From the NCBI GenBank assembly GCA_031418775.1, contig JANOJN010000170.1, positions 34,977 to 98,976 on the forward strand: a DNA stretch of 64,000 bases. The letters run 5' to 3'. The translations under genes were made by a program, and so were the position numbers. Below the pieces are notes generated by a model. It had not been told where the DNA came from. It worked only from the letters and a program-made list of their open reading frames with translations, and did no database searches. Of the stretch, positions 19,636 to 29,562 are shown in pieces. Within the stretch, counting starts at the first letter, position 1; each line of letters starts with the position of its first letter. This stretch comes from Acidimicrobiia bacterium (GTDB lineage Bacteria > Actinomycetota > Acidimicrobiia > Acidimicrobiales > JANYDT01).

Positions 19636-22083
19636 ATGACCAACATCGAACCGCCGCTCGACTTCGACAACATCGAACCCGTCGAGATCCAAGAGGAGAT
19701 GGAGCGATCCTTCCTCGACTATGCGATGTCGGTGATCGTGTCGCGGGCGCTGCCCGACGTGCGCGATGGCCTCAAGCCGGTGCACCGCCGCATCCTGTGG
19801 TCGATGTTCGACTCGGGGTTCCGTCCCGACCGGGCCCACGTGAAGTGCGCCAAGGTCGTCGGCGACGTCATCGGCAACTATCACCCGCACGGCGACACCG
19901 CGGCCTACGACGCCCTCGTCCGTATGGCGCAGTCGTTCTCGCTTCGCCATCCGCTCATCGACGGACACGGCAACTTCGGTTCCCCCGATGCCTCCGCGGC
20001 GGCGTATCGCTACACCGAAGCTCGACTTGCCCCGTTGGCCATGCAGATGCTGGCCGATATCGACGAGGGCACGGTCGACTTCACGACCAACTTCTCCGGT
20101 GATCGGGAGGAGCCTTCGGTTCTTCCGGCGCGGTTCCCCAACCTTCTCGTCAACGGTTCCACCGGCATCGCCGTCGGCATGGCCACGAACATCCCGCCGC
20201 ACAACCTCGGCGAGGTGATCGACGCCACCACGTTCCTGATCGATCACCCCGATGCAACTGTCGAGCAGTTGATGGGCTTCGTGAAGGGCCCCGACTTCCC
20301 GACCGGTGCGCTGATCCTCGGGCGCTCAGGGATCATGGACGCCTATCGGACCGGCAAGGGTGCGATCCGGATGCGGGCCGTCGCCGAGATCGAGGAGCTC
20401 AAGGGCGGTCGTGAGCAGATCGTCGTCACGGAGCTCCCGTATCAGGCCAGTCCCGACGGCATCTTGAAGCGCGTTGGTGAACTGGTCGACTCTGGAGAAC
20501 TCGTCGGCATCTCCAACGCCACGGACGAATCAGCCAAGGGCAAGACCCGCCTGGTCATCGAGCTCAAGCGCGACGCAAACTCCAACGTCGTGCTCAACAA
20601 CTTGTTCAAGTACACCGCGTTGCAGTCCACCTTCAGCATGAACACCGTTGCACTCGTCGACGGTGTGCCCCGTTCGCTCAACCTGCTGCAGGTGCTCACG
20701 CACTACGTCGCCCATCAGGTCGACGTCATCACCCGCCGCTCCGAGCATCGACTGAAGAAGGCACGCGACCGCGCCCACATCGTCGAAGGCCTGCTGAAGG
20801 CCCTCGACATGATCGATCTGATCATTCAGGCGATCCGCACCGCCGAAGACCGATCCGGCGCTCGCCAGGCTCTCATGGCCACACCGTTCGACTTCTCGGA
20901 GATCCAGGCGAACTACATCCTCGACATGCAGCTCGGTCGGCTCACCCGGTTGGGTCGTTCCGAGCTCGAGACGGAGATGCTCGAGCTCCGCGAGCGGATC
21001 TCCGGTCTCGAGGCCATCCTCGGCGACGACGCGGTGCTGCGTACGGTCATCAAGTCCGAGATGGGCGCCGTTCGTGAGCAGTTCGCCACGCCGCGCAAGT
21101 CGATCATCACGTTCGATCCGGGTGACCTCAGCCTCGAAGACCTGATCGAGGACCTCGAGATCGTCATCACGTTCTCCAAGGTCGGCTACATCAAGGCCAT
21201 GCCGGCCGACACGTTCCGGACCCAGGGCCGCGGCGGGCGAGGCATCCAGGGTGCGAAGGTGCGTGACGAGGACTACGTCACCGACATCATCTCGACCAGC
21301 GCGCACGCCTATCTGCTCTTCTTCTCCACCCGCGGCCGGGTCTACCGGCTCAAGGCGCACGAGATCCCGATGAAGGACCGCTCCGCGCGCGGCACCGCCA
21401 TCGTGAACCTCCTTCCGCTTGCGCCGAACGAAAAGATCCAGGCGATTATCGATACGCGCACGTATGAAGATCATCGCTACCTGTTCTTCTGCACGAAGCT
21501 CGGTCAAGTCAAGAAGACGCTGATGAGCGAATACGACTCGTCGCTACGCGCCGGCATCATCGCGGTGAATCTCCGCGAGGACGATGAGCTTGTCCGGGTC
21601 ATTCAAACGAGCGGCAGCGACCACATCCTGATGGTGTCCAAGCTCGGCATGGGAATCCGTTTCTCCGAGGAAGACGTCCGTCCCATGGGTCGGGCGGCGG
21701 CCGGTGTTCGCGGCATGAAGATGAAACCGAACGACATCGTCGTGAGCTGTGACTCGGTCTCCGACGCCACCGACATCTTGCTGATCACCAATCAGGGCTT
21801 CGGCAAGCGCACGAAGGTGGAGCGCTTCTCGGTGCAGGGTCGAGGTGGACAGGGCGTCATCTCCTACAAGCTCCCGGTCAAGAAGGGCCACCTTGCCGCG
21901 GCGTTCGTGGTCGAGATCGACGACGAGATCATCCTGATCTCCGACGGCGGGGTCACCAACCGTCAGACGGTTCGTGAGATCAGCTCGCAGAGCCGCGAGG
22001 GAACCGGCGTGCGGGTCATGGCGCTCGACGCCGGCCAGCAGGTCGCGGCTGTCGCGAAGGTGCTGCAGGCCGACACGGAGTGA
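19636..22083 (+). CDS. gyrA: DNA gyrase subunit A
   Basis: [33 protein letters not shown] catalytic Tyr, GyrA box QGRGGRG, beta-pinwheel repeats. Confidence 0.98.
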   Translation: MTNIEPPLDFDNIEPVEIQEEMERSFLDYAMSVIVSRALPDVRDGLKPVHRRILWSMFDSGFRPDRAHVKCAKVVGDVIGNYHPHGDTAAYDALVRMAQSFSLRHPLIDGHGNFGSPDASAAAYRYTEARLAPLAMQMLADIDEGTVDFTTNFSGDREEPSVLPARFPNLLVNGSTGIAVGMATNIPPHNLGEVIDATTFLIDHPDATVEQLMGFVKGPDFPTGALILGRSGIMDAYRTGKGAIRMRAVAEIEELKGGREQIVVTELPYQASPDGILKRVGELVDSGELVGISNATDESAKGKTRLVIELKRDANSNVVLNNLFKYTALQSTFSMNTVALVDGVPRSLNLLQVLTHYVAHQVDVITRRSEHRLKKARDRAHIVEGLLKALDMIDLIIQAIRTAEDRSGARQALMATPFDFSEIQANYILDMQLGRLTRLGRSELETEMLELRERISGLEAILGDDAVLRTVIKSEMGAVREQFATPRKSIITFDPGDLSLEDLIEDLEIVITFSKVGYIKAMPADTFRTQGRGGRGIQGAKVRDEDYVTDIISTSAHAYLLFFSTRGRVYRLKAHEIPMKDRSARGTAIVNLLPLAPNEKIQAIIDTRTYEDHRYLFFCTKLGQVKKTLMSEYDSSLRAGIIAVNLREDDELVRVIQTSGSDHILMVSKLGMGIRFSEEDVRPMGRAAAGVRGMKMKPNDIVVSCDSVSDATDILLITNQGFGKRTKVERFSVQGRGGQGVISYKLPVKKGHLAAAFVVEIDDEIILISDGGVTNRQTVREISSQSREGTGVRVMALDAGQQVAAVAKVLQADTE

Positions 22084-22180
22084 CGCAGGTGGGAGGCCCG
22101 GCCGGCCGATCACGTCGGTCGTGGTGGGGGCCCGAACTACGGGCCTTGCCGCGTGCCGGTCGACTCGGACCCTGATTCCC

Positions 22181-23848
22181 ATGGCATCGGTCATCGCATC
22201 CGGGCTCACGCTCGGCTATGGGCCAGTCGTCCTGGCTGAGGGGATCGACCTTGTTGTTGCCCCGGGGAAGGTCATCGGACTCGTCGGCGCCAATGGTGCC
22301 GGAAAGACCACGTTGCTCCGCGTCCTCGCCGGGCTCGACGCGCCGCTCGTCGGCACGGTGGCCCGCGCGCCGTCGACAACCACGGTCGGCTACCTGGCCC
22401 AGCAGCTCGATGTCGCGTCGCCCGACGAGACAATCGGTGCGTGGCTGGCTCGTCGCACGGGCGTCGGTGCGGCCGCAGCGACGATGGAGGCGGCCGCCGA
22501 CGCATTGGGCAGGGGAGAAGCCCGGGGCGAGGACTACGGCGACGCGCTCGATCACTGGCTGGCGCTCGGCGGGGCCGACTTCGACGACCGCCTCCCCGCC
22601 GCGCTCGCTGGCGTCGGCCTCGATGCATCGAAGGGTCCGGGTGACCTTGTCGCAGTCTTGAGCGGGGGGCAGAAGGCCAGGGTCGGCCTCGCCGCCCTCG
22701 CCCTCGCCCGCTTCGACGTCTTCTGCCTCGATGAACCGACCAACGATCTCGATCTCGACGGCCTCGCGCTGCTCGAGCAGTTCGTCGCCGACGCGGTGAA
22801 GCGTCCGGCCGCCGTGGTGGTCGTGAGCCACGACCGGGTCTTCCTGGAGAACGTCACGACGGACATCGTCGAGCTCGATGCGATCGAGCGGCGGGCGATG
22901 GCGTTCGGCGGCGGGTTCGGTGCGTTCCTGCGCGAGCGCGAAGTGCAGCGCCTCCATGCTCAGGAGGCCTACGACGACTACTCCTCCCGGCATCGTGACC
23001 TTCTGGATCGAGCCCGGACGACGAAGGAGTGGGCCGACAAGGGCGTGCGCAAGAGTCGGGCCGAGCTGAAGAAGAAGGGGGCCGATCCCGACAAGATCGG
23101 CCGCAAGGCGAAGGCCGAGACCGGCGAGAAGCAGGCCGGCAAGGCGTCGCGGCTGGAGAAGGCGGCGGAACGGCTGGAGGAGGTGGCCGAGCCGCGCAAG
23201 GTCTGGGAGCTGCGCTACGTCATCGCTGAGGCTCCGCGGTCGGGTTCGGTGGTCGTCACGATGCGAGGCGCGTTTGTCCGAAGGGGCGACTTTGCGCTGG
23301 GCCCGATCGATGTGGACCTCGCCTACGGCGACCGGGTTGCGCTGACCGGACCCAATGGAGCCGGCAAAACGACACTCCTCTCGATGCTCCTCGGGCGTCT
23401 TGCCCCCGACGATGGCACCGTGCATCTCGGACGAGGCGTCGTCATCGGTGAGCTCGATCAGGGCCGGGTGCCCACGGAAGACGACTCCACGCTCGTCGAT
23501 GCGTTCCTTGGGTGGTACCCGGATTCGACCATCGCCGACGTCCGGACGCTCCTGGCGAAGTTCGGTCTGGCCGGTGACGATGTTGCGCGGCCGGCTCGTG
23601 CTCTCTCGCCGGGGGAGCGGACCCGGGCCACCCTCGCCCGGTTCCAGCACGACGGTGTCAACCTGCTCGTGCTCGACGAGCCGACGAACCATCTCGATCT
23701 GGCGGCCATCGAGCAGCTCGAGACGGCCCTCGACGCCTATCCCGGCACCCTTCTCCTGGTGAGCCACGACCGTCGTCTACTCGATGCAGTTCGTGTCACC
23801 CGCCGCTGGCAGCTCGGCTCCGGTCAACTCAGCGAATCGCTCGTTTAG
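22181..23848 (+). CDS. ABC-F family ATP-binding protein
   Basis: Two NBDs (GANGAGKT/LSGGQ/LDEPTN and GPNGAGKT/LSPGE/LDEPTNHLD) with a helical linker and no TM; start ATG 22181. Confidence 0.92.
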   Translation: MASVIASGLTLGYGPVVLAEGIDLVVAPGKVIGLVGANGAGKTTLLRVLAGLDAPLVGTVARAPSTTTVGYLAQQLDVASPDETIGAWLARRTGVGAAAATMEAAADALGRGEARGEDYGDALDHWLALGGADFDDRLPAALAGVGLDASKGPGDLVAVLSGGQKARVGLAALALARFDVFCLDEPTNDLDLDGLALLEQFVADAVKRPAAVVVVSHDRVFLENVTTDIVELDAIERRAMAFGGGFGAFLREREVQRLHAQEAYDDYSSRHRDLLDRARTTKEWADKGVRKSRAELKKKGADPDKIGRKAKAETGEKQAGKASRLEKAAERLEEVAEPRKVWELRYVIAEAPRSGSVVVTMRGAFVRRGDFALGPIDVDLAYGDRVALTGPNGAGKTTLLSMLLGRLAPDDGTVHLGRGVVIGELDQGRVPTEDDSTLVDAFLGWYPDSTIADVRTLLAKFGLAGDDVARPARALSPGERTRATLARFQHDGVNLLVLDEPTNHLDLAAIEQLETALDAYPGTLLLVSHDRRLLDAVRVTRRWQLGSGQLSESLV

Positions 23849-23851
23849 CAC

Positions 23852-23995
23852 TGGGAGGAAGGTTGCCCCTCAGTCGTTCGGTGCTGCGCCGCTCGACTGC
23901 TCGCAACACGAGTCGCCGCGGCCAGTGGGAGAGAGGTTGCCCCCATATGTGGGGGCAGAACACCTCCGAACGTCGCTGGGAGGCGTTCTGCCGCA
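23852..23995 (+). repeat. Dispersed structured intergenic repeat, copy 1 (long form; 70-bp core 23926-23995)
   Basis: TGGGAGAGAGGTTGCCCCCATATGTGGGGGCAGAACACCTCC...GGAGGCGTTCTGCCGCA; near-identical copies at 33318, 37888 and 59109. Confidence 0.93.
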
Positions 23996-24015
23996 TGTTG
24001 TCGCTGCTGGATGGC

Positions 24016-24375
24016 TCAGGAGAACGGTGACGTTTCCGATCGCTCCGCCCGTGCGGTGGCAACCGCGTCGCGAAAGCTGACCCTGACGTCGACGCGATCC
24101 CCATCGCTGACGAACGAAAGCAGCGTTGCTCCATTGCTCCGGGCGAGATCGGACGCGACCTCCTCGCCCTCGACGACCCCGCCGAGCGCCGCAGCGTCGG
24201 CGGCCGTCTGGGCGCGTGCGCGGTCAGCGGCGGCGACGCTGAGCCTGGTCTCCTGCAGCACGAGGTAGGCAACGATGAGGATCGCCGCTCCGAGCAGGAC
24301 AGTGACGGCTCCCCGCTCGTCGTTCGGGCCCCGCGCATCTCGACGGGAGCGCATCGAGTGGGTACGTACGTTCAT
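24016..24375 (-). CDS. TadE/TadG-like (Rv3654c-type) pseudopilin protein
   Basis: DERG|AVTVLLGAAILIV prepilin-like motif and RARAQTAADAAALGG; start ATG 24375 or 24354. Confidence 0.7.
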   Translation of the reverse strand: MNVRTHSMRSRRDARGPNDERGAVTVLLGAAILIVAYLVLQETRLSVAAADRARAQTAADAAALGGVVEGEEVASDLARSNGATLLSFVSDGDRVDVRVSFRDAVATARAERSETSPFS

Positions 24376-24543
24376 GCAAGCGAGCGTGACTGCGGCCGTC
24401 GGGCTGTGGCAACGGTGCTCGTCGACGTGCGGCGATTCGGCGAATCGACGCGGGTGCGCTTGGCAACGAGGTCCCCCGTGTCCGTGAAGCTGACATCGAC
24501 CTCTCCACGAGTAGCAAGTGCACGAACCACTACGCTCGCTCTC

Positions 24544-25077
24544 GTGGCCAGGAGGAGACGACGCGTCCGCCGCGGGATTCGTGTCCGTCGGGTCGTCCGT
24601 CGGGTCGAACTCGGTTCGCTGTTCCGTCTGGCCATTGGGTTTCATCTGCTGTGTTACGCGGTTTCCATGGCGGTGTTGGCCATCCTTCTCAACGTCGTGG
24701 ACCGCCTCGGGCTCCTCGGTAGAATCGAGAAGTTCTTGCAGGAGTCGGGGTTCGGGAACGGGTTCAAGGTGGACCTCGCCGTGGTGCTGCGGGGCGCCGC
24801 CGGGATCGGGCTCGGACTGGTCATCGTGTTCGTCGTGGCCACGATGCTGTTGGGGTTCTTCTTCAACGGTCTCGCCGGGTTTCTCGGAGGGCTGGTGATC
24901 ACCGTCCTCGAGGAGCGCCCACAGGCGCCCCGTCCGAGGACGGTTTCCGCACCCGAAGTGACCCCGACGAGCGCGAATGACGTGGCACCGTTCGACGAAA
25001 GCGTCAGCGGATGGGAGGACGCGACGATGTGGGACACGCCGAGCCCAACAGGGGCGCCGCAGGGTTCCGCCGTCTGA
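24544..25077 (+). CDS. DUF3566 family membrane protein
   Basis: RVRRVVRRVELGSLFRLA plus two TM helices and FFNGLAGFLGGLVITV; conserved position between gyrA and tRNA-Ile; start uncertain. Confidence 0.78.
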   Translation: MARRRRRVRRGIRVRRVVRRVELGSLFRLAIGFHLLCYAVSMAVLAILLNVVDRLGLLGRIEKFLQESGFGNGFKVDLAVVLRGAAGIGLGLVIVFVVATMLLGFFFNGLAGFLGGLVITVLEERPQAPRPRTVSAPEVTPTSANDVAPFDESVSGWEDATMWDTPSPTGAPQGSAV

Positions 25078-25205
25078 GCGCCGTTCCGGTCGCGACAACG
25101 ACGGTCAGCGTGACGAGTCGGGTGTGTAAGATCGGCATCCGCTTTTTCCCGCAGGTCGGTCGACACGCAGGTGTCACTCAGGCTGCTGGCGAGGGTGTTG
25201 GTCTT

Positions 25206-25279
25206 GGGGCTATAGCTCAGTTGGTTAGAGCGTCACACTGATAATGTGAAGGTCGCTGGTTCGATTCCAGCTAGCCCCA
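25206..25279 (+). tRNA. tRNA-Ile (GAT)
   Basis: Acceptor GGGGCTA/TAGCCCC, anticodon stem TCACA/TGTGA with GAT, GGTTCGA T-loop; CCA not encoded. Confidence 0.97.
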
Positions 25280-25289
25280 CGTGCAAGCC

Positions 25290-25418
25290 ATGCGTCGACT
25301 CTTGTTGTCCCTCGGCCTTGCCGGTTTGGTTTCCGCGTTCGTGCGACTCCGTGGCAGTGGCGGCATCCCCCCGCAACAGGGCGGATGGCGCGAACTTTCC
25401 GGCCCCGATCTGCGCTGA
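25290..25418 (+). CDS. 42-aa small membrane protein (below the ORF-track cutoff)
   Basis: MRRLLLSLGLAGLVSAFVRLRGSGGIPPQQGGWRELSGPDLR*; hydrophobic N-terminus; occupies the slot of actinobacterial DLW-39-type small proteins after tRNA-Ile. Confidence 0.6.
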   Translation: MRRLLLSLGLAGLVSAFVRLRGSGGIPPQQGGWRELSGPDLR

Positions 25419-25423
25419 CGACG

Positions 25424-26455
25424 GTGACCGGCACGGTTCTCGTCGTCGGTTGCGGCGTCGTGGGAACGCGAGCGGCCCGTCACCTGGGCGATTCGACGTG
25501 GGCCTCGTCGCTGGTGATTGACGACCCGACGTCGCTGTACCTCGATGGACTTGTTGCGTCGAGTTCCCGGGTGACACCGCTCGGTCGACGGTCATGGGAG
25601 GAAGTCGCGCCCGATGTCGTCCTGCTCGCTCTTCCCGCCGGCCACGTCGAGCCAGCGACGCGCGCATTGCGACTCGGTGCCGACGTGGTGTCGGTCGGGG
25701 ACTCCGTGGTCGATGCCCGTGGGCTGTTCGCCCTCGGGCCGATGGCCGCATCGGTCGAGCGTCGCGTCATTGTCGGCGCGGGGTACGCGCCTGGCCTCAC
25801 CTGCCTTCTCGCTCGGCACGGGGCGGCGGAGTTCGACGAGGTCGATGAGATCCACGTCGCCAAGATCGGGACCGCGGGTCCGGCCTGCGCCCGGCAGCAT
25901 CATGCCGCCCTCAGCAGCGAGTCGCTCGACTGGCGTGAAGGCCGGTGGGAACGCTTCGTTGGCGGATCGGGACGTGAGCTCTGCTGGTTTCCCGGCCCTA
26001 TCGGCGGTGTCGACTGTTACCGGGCGGCCCTGGTCGATCCGATGCTGCTCCAACCGGTGTTTCCAGAGGCCCGACGCATTACGTCGCGCGTGGGCGCGAC
26101 GCGACGCGACCGGGCGACGGCACGCCTGCCCATGCTTCGTCGTCCCCATGCCGAGGCGGGCGACGGTGCGGTGCGTGTGGAGGTGCGGGGACGACGCGAC
26201 AGCCGCGTCGACTCGATTGTGCTCGGGTCCGCGGCGCGGGCTTCGATCGGCACGGCCGCGGTTGCCGCGGTTGCCGTCGACGAGGTCCTTGCCGGACGCT
26301 TCGTCGGGCCGTGGGTGGGTGGGCTGGCCGCGCAGGTCGATGACGCGGTCGCGATGCTGCGGGGGGTGGCGGCGCTCGGCGTGGTGTGCTCGAAGTTCGA
26401 AGGTGCCACTGTCGGCTCGGTTGAGCCAAGGAGACGTGCTGCGGAGGCCGTGTAG
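25424..26455 (+). CDS. Rossmann-fold oxidoreductase, saccharopine-dehydrogenase-like
   Basis: VLVVGCGVVG NAD(P) motif, VGAGYAPGLT; GTG 25424 just after the small ORF stop. Confidence 0.7.
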   Translation: MTGTVLVVGCGVVGTRAARHLGDSTWASSLVIDDPTSLYLDGLVASSSRVTPLGRRSWEEVAPDVVLLALPAGHVEPATRALRLGADVVSVGDSVVDARGLFALGPMAASVERRVIVGAGYAPGLTCLLARHGAAEFDEVDEIHVAKIGTAGPACARQHHAALSSESLDWREGRWERFVGGSGRELCWFPGPIGGVDCYRAALVDPMLLQPVFPEARRITSRVGATRRDRATARLPMLRRPHAEAGDGAVRVEVRGRRDSRVDSIVLGSAARASIGTAAVAAVAVDEVLAGRFVGPWVGGLAAQVDDAVAMLRGVAALGVVCSKFEGATVGSVEPRRRAAEAV

Positions 26456-26473
26456 TCTGGGGAGGCCCTTTTC

Positions 26474-26546
26474 GGGGACGTAGCTCAATTGGTAGAGCGC
26501 CTGCTTTGCAAGCAGGAGGTCGACGGTTCGATCCCGTTCGTCTCCA
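26474..26546 (+). tRNA. tRNA-Ala (TGC)
   Basis: GGGGACG/CGTCTCC acceptor with G3:U70, CCTGC-TTTGCAA-GCAGG anticodon arm, GGTTCGA T-loop. Confidence 0.97.
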
Positions 26547-26880
26547 CGAATCGCCGTGAGATCGTTAGCGACCAAGTCCCCTGCGGGCGGCCGTTGTCGT
26601 CGTCTCAGTAGTGAAGGCCCAGACGCTCCGCTTCGGCGCTCATCTCGTCGAGGGCGGCGCGGCACTCGGCAAGAGAACGCTCCGAACCAGCGCCACCGTT
26701 CGGAGCCTCCGGAGGGGTGTCGTACGCTCCCGGCGTGGCGTCTCGCGTCATCCGTCGAGTCTGCAGCCAGAGGAGAATCGCCAGTGGTCGAATTTCGGGC
26801 CAGACCTTTACAGTCCCCCGTTGGGGCGATTGCGTTGCAGAGGGGGTTGCGACCCACCCGATGATCGTTTTGATATCTTT

Positions 26881-27228
26881 TTGGATATTGACTGGACCAT
26901 CGAGCAGGAACCAGACGTCGCCGCATGGTTCAACGAATTGGACAGACCACAGTTTGGACATGTGGCCTTCCACATCGATCGACTGCTGGTCACCGGCTCG
27001 ATGCTCCGAATGCCACACTCCCGGTCGCTGGGCGACGGACTGTACGAACTTCGATTCGACCTCGGCACGGTGTCTGGCGCATCACCTATCTTCACTGAGC
27101 CGCGGCGCATCGTGCTTCTCACAGTGTTCCGGAAACAACGGAACAACGAACGCCACGAGGTGAACCGTGCCCACCGCCAAGGCACGGTGCATCGCCGAGG
27201 GCCACACTGCAGACGAGGATTGACATGA
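26881..27228 (+). pseudogene. HigB/RelE (Gp49-like) toxin, apparently frameshifted
   Basis: LRMPHSRSLGDGLYELRF and RIVLLTVFRKQ in frame, but the expected WRITY (27075-27089) and ARCIAEGHTADED* (27182-27223) segments lie in other frames. Confidence 0.7.
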
Positions 27229-27533
27229 CCCGAACCAAATGGACCGAACTCCGTGATGCCCGACTGGCCACGTTCACGAATGAGGAACGAGCGGAGTACG
27301 AGCGCGGCTACCGCGCAGCAGCGCTCGCCGCCTCGATCGGCGAGCAAATCCGAACCTTTCGAGAAGAGGCGTCGCTCACGCAGCGCGAACTTGCGGGGCG
27401 GATGGGGACGAGCCAGGCCGCGATCGCCCGACTCGAGGCGGGTGGTGTCGGTGCGACGGTCACGACGCTTCAGCGCATCGCCGACACGCTCGGGCTGACG
27501 CTAACCGTTGAGCTCCACCGGCCGGCTGCGTAA
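27225..27533 (+). CDS. HigA-like XRE/HTH antitoxin
   Basis: IRTFREEASLTQRELAGRMGTSQAAIARLEAG HTH; directly follows the toxin. Confidence 0.88.
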   Translation: MTRTKWTELRDARLATFTNEERAEYERGYRAAALAASIGEQIRTFREEASLTQRELAGRMGTSQAAIARLEAGGVGATVTTLQRIADTLGLTLTVELHRPAA

Positions 27534-27884
27534 TCTCTCCGACGCTCACCGGGTGAGACCAGCAGTGGGCTGCAACACTCCCTGCACCGTGGACAGGAAG
27601 TCAAAAGAGTCCGCGAGACATAGCCGCAAACTTAGCCATTCGGCCTTTCGCCCGATTCGCGAACTACCGGGCATCAGAAAATACGTATGCGTACCTACGA
27701 CTGCTGTCCGGACGGTTGAGTCCCTACCGAGCTGCCGAAATGCATCGTACAGGACCACTCGAGAAGGAACGAGCCGACACGCCGGAGCACGTCTTGGACA
27801 ATAGTAAGTGTACTTCGCAAGCAGGAGGTCGACGGTTCGATCCCGTTCGTCTCCAGGAATCGCCCGCAACGCAGTTCGTGCACC

Positions 27885-27929
27885 CGTCCGCCCAAGCTGC
27901 GTCCGCCCAAGCTGCGATTGCCCAAGGTC
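27885..27929 (+). repeat. 15-bp tandem repeat (about 3 copies)
   Basis: CGTCCGCCCAAGCTG x2 plus CGATTGCCCAAGGTC just outside attR. Confidence 0.7.
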
Positions 27930-27966
27930 GGACCTGTCATCATCGGAGCATGAAGCGAAGTCGCCG

Positions 27967-29304
27967 GTGACTGGCCGGGTGGCACTCCGCCGTTCCGCTC
28001 GACGATCGATCATCCGGCCCCTGCGTGACTTCCTCGCCACGGAGGCGGCCGGAGGTGTTGCGGTCGTCCTGGCCACAGCGGTGGCGTTGGTGTGGGCGAA
28101 CTCGCCCTGGTCGGGGTCGTATCGATCCCTGTGGACGACAGACTTCGGCGTCCAGCTCGGCCGGTTCGGGTTTTCGTTGGATCTCCGGCACTGGGTGAAC
28201 GACGGTTTGATGACGGCCTTCTTTCTCGTCGTCGGGCTCGAGATCAAACGCGAGCTGGTCGAGGGCGAGCTCCGTGAGCGCCGCAAAGCGCTCGTGCCCG
28301 TCGCTGCGGCCCTCGGGGGCATGGTCGTCCCAGCGCTGACCTTCGTGGCCTGGAACCTGGGAACGGCACAGGTAGGCGGCTGGGGGGTCCCTATGGCTAC
28401 GGACATCGCTCTCGCGGTGGGCATTCTCGCTCTCGCCGGTCCGCGCTTTCCCGCGGGCGCGAGGCTGTTCCTGTTGGCCCTGGCCATCGTCGACGACATC
28501 GGGGCAATCGTCGTGATCGCCGTCTTCTACGGCAGCGGCGGTCGCCGCGGGCTGCTCCTCGTGGCCGCGCTCATCGTTGCGTGTGTGGTCGCGGTTCGGC
28601 GCGCCGGTGTCACTGCGATCGGCATCTACCTGTGCCTGGGTGCCGTCCTGTGGTGGGCTCTCTACGAGGCCGGCGTTCATCCGACGCTCGCCGGCGTGGT
28701 CCTGGGGCTGCTGGCTCCGACGCAACCGTTCACGCCGCTCGAGCTGATTGATCAGGACGAGTTGGTGGATGTGTCCGATGTCGGACATGCCGTTGAAACC
28801 GTCCGACTGGCGAAGTCGTCGGTATCGATTGTCGAATGGCTGGAGCACAGGCTCCACCCGTGGACAAGCTTCGCGGTCGTACCGATCTTCGCGATCGCCA
28901 ACGCTGGCATCGAGATCTCTGGGAGGTCGTTGGGGGACGCGGCCGGTTCGCGGGTGGTGTGGGGTGTTGGGTTGGGGCTCCTCCTCGGCAAGCCGCTCGG
29001 CATCCTGCTCGCGACGTATCTCGTGGTGCGCCTCGGGGCGGGGGCGCTGCCGGAAGGGACCACGTGGCGCGACCTCACCGCCGCGGCGCTCGTGGCCGGT
29101 GTCGGCTTCACGGTGTCGCTCTTTGTCGCGGAACTGGCCTTCGTCGGCCGGCAGGCGGACAGCGCAAAGATCGCCGTCCTGGTGACGTCGGTGGCTGCCG
29201 GGACCATCGGGCTGCTGGCGGCGCGCCGCTCATCCGGAAACCGTCCCGCCTTGCGAGAGGACACCGGCTCCCCTCTCCGAAGTACCGAAGCGGGTGATCA
29301 TTGA
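27967..29304 (+). CDS. nhaA: Na+/H+ antiporter NhaA
   Basis: WVNDGLMTAFFLVVGLEIKRE, GWGVPMATDIA, LALAIVDDIGAI, GVGFTVSLF, K in DSAKIA; start approximate. Confidence 0.95.
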   Translation: MTGRVALRRSARRSIIRPLRDFLATEAAGGVAVVLATAVALVWANSPWSGSYRSLWTTDFGVQLGRFGFSLDLRHWVNDGLMTAFFLVVGLEIKRELVEGELRERRKALVPVAAALGGMVVPALTFVAWNLGTAQVGGWGVPMATDIALAVGILALAGPRFPAGARLFLLALAIVDDIGAIVVIAVFYGSGGRRGLLLVAALIVACVVAVRRAGVTAIGIYLCLGAVLWWALYEAGVHPTLAGVVLGLLAPTQPFTPLELIDQDELVDVSDVGHAVETVRLAKSSVSIVEWLEHRLHPWTSFAVVPIFAIANAGIEISGRSLGDAAGSRVVWGVGLGLLLGKPLGILLATYLVVRLGAGALPEGTTWRDLTAAALVAGVGFTVSLFVAELAFVGRQADSAKIAVLVTSVAAGTIGLLAARRSSGNRPALREDTGSPLRSTEAGDH

Positions 29305-29562
29305 CGGTGACCGCGGACGATCGAGTGTCGCGACGCCCACGCCACGCACACTCGAACGAGGTGAGTCGATCGAATCGGGCCGGAGAGGCGTCCGACCCAC
29401 GGCAGCGTGACTTCCGGGGTCCGAGGCACCCGATCCACCGCTTTGCGTGAGATTTCTTGCGAGAGATCCACACTCAGCGCGCAACCTCTTCACCTTTGCT
29501 GCCGATAGCCAAGGCATCGGCATCCGAAGCCGACCGTTCAACCTTCCCCAGGAGTACCCGAC

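Larger units (their letters stand above)
26508..27855. mobile_element. tRNA-Ala-integrated islet remnant bounded by 39-bp direct repeats (attL/attR)
   Basis: 26508-26546 identical to 27817-27855; the match extends with mismatches to GAATCGCC; TA module inside; no integrase visible. Confidence 0.8.

Noticed and set aside
17428-20247. 939-aa minus-strand ORF opposite gyrB/gyrA (also 13367..14332, 22016..23767, 36711..38138, 40094..42889, 44457..46205, 47846..50182, 62080..63603)
   Set aside because: Antisense shadows of well-supported genes, expected from high GC3 codon bias; no recognisable motifs
23852-23995. Duplicated 18-bp motif with a spacer read as a mini-CRISPR
   Set aside because: Only two units, the linker is conserved between loci rather than unique, and there are no cas genes
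27540-27812. ORFs in the AT-richer right part of the islet
   Set aside because: No motifs or codon bias; probably decayed sequence, and no integrase fragment could be recognised
27813-27864. Second tRNA-Ala gene with a CGC anticodon
   Set aside because: The 5' half (acceptor and D arm) is absent; it is an att duplication
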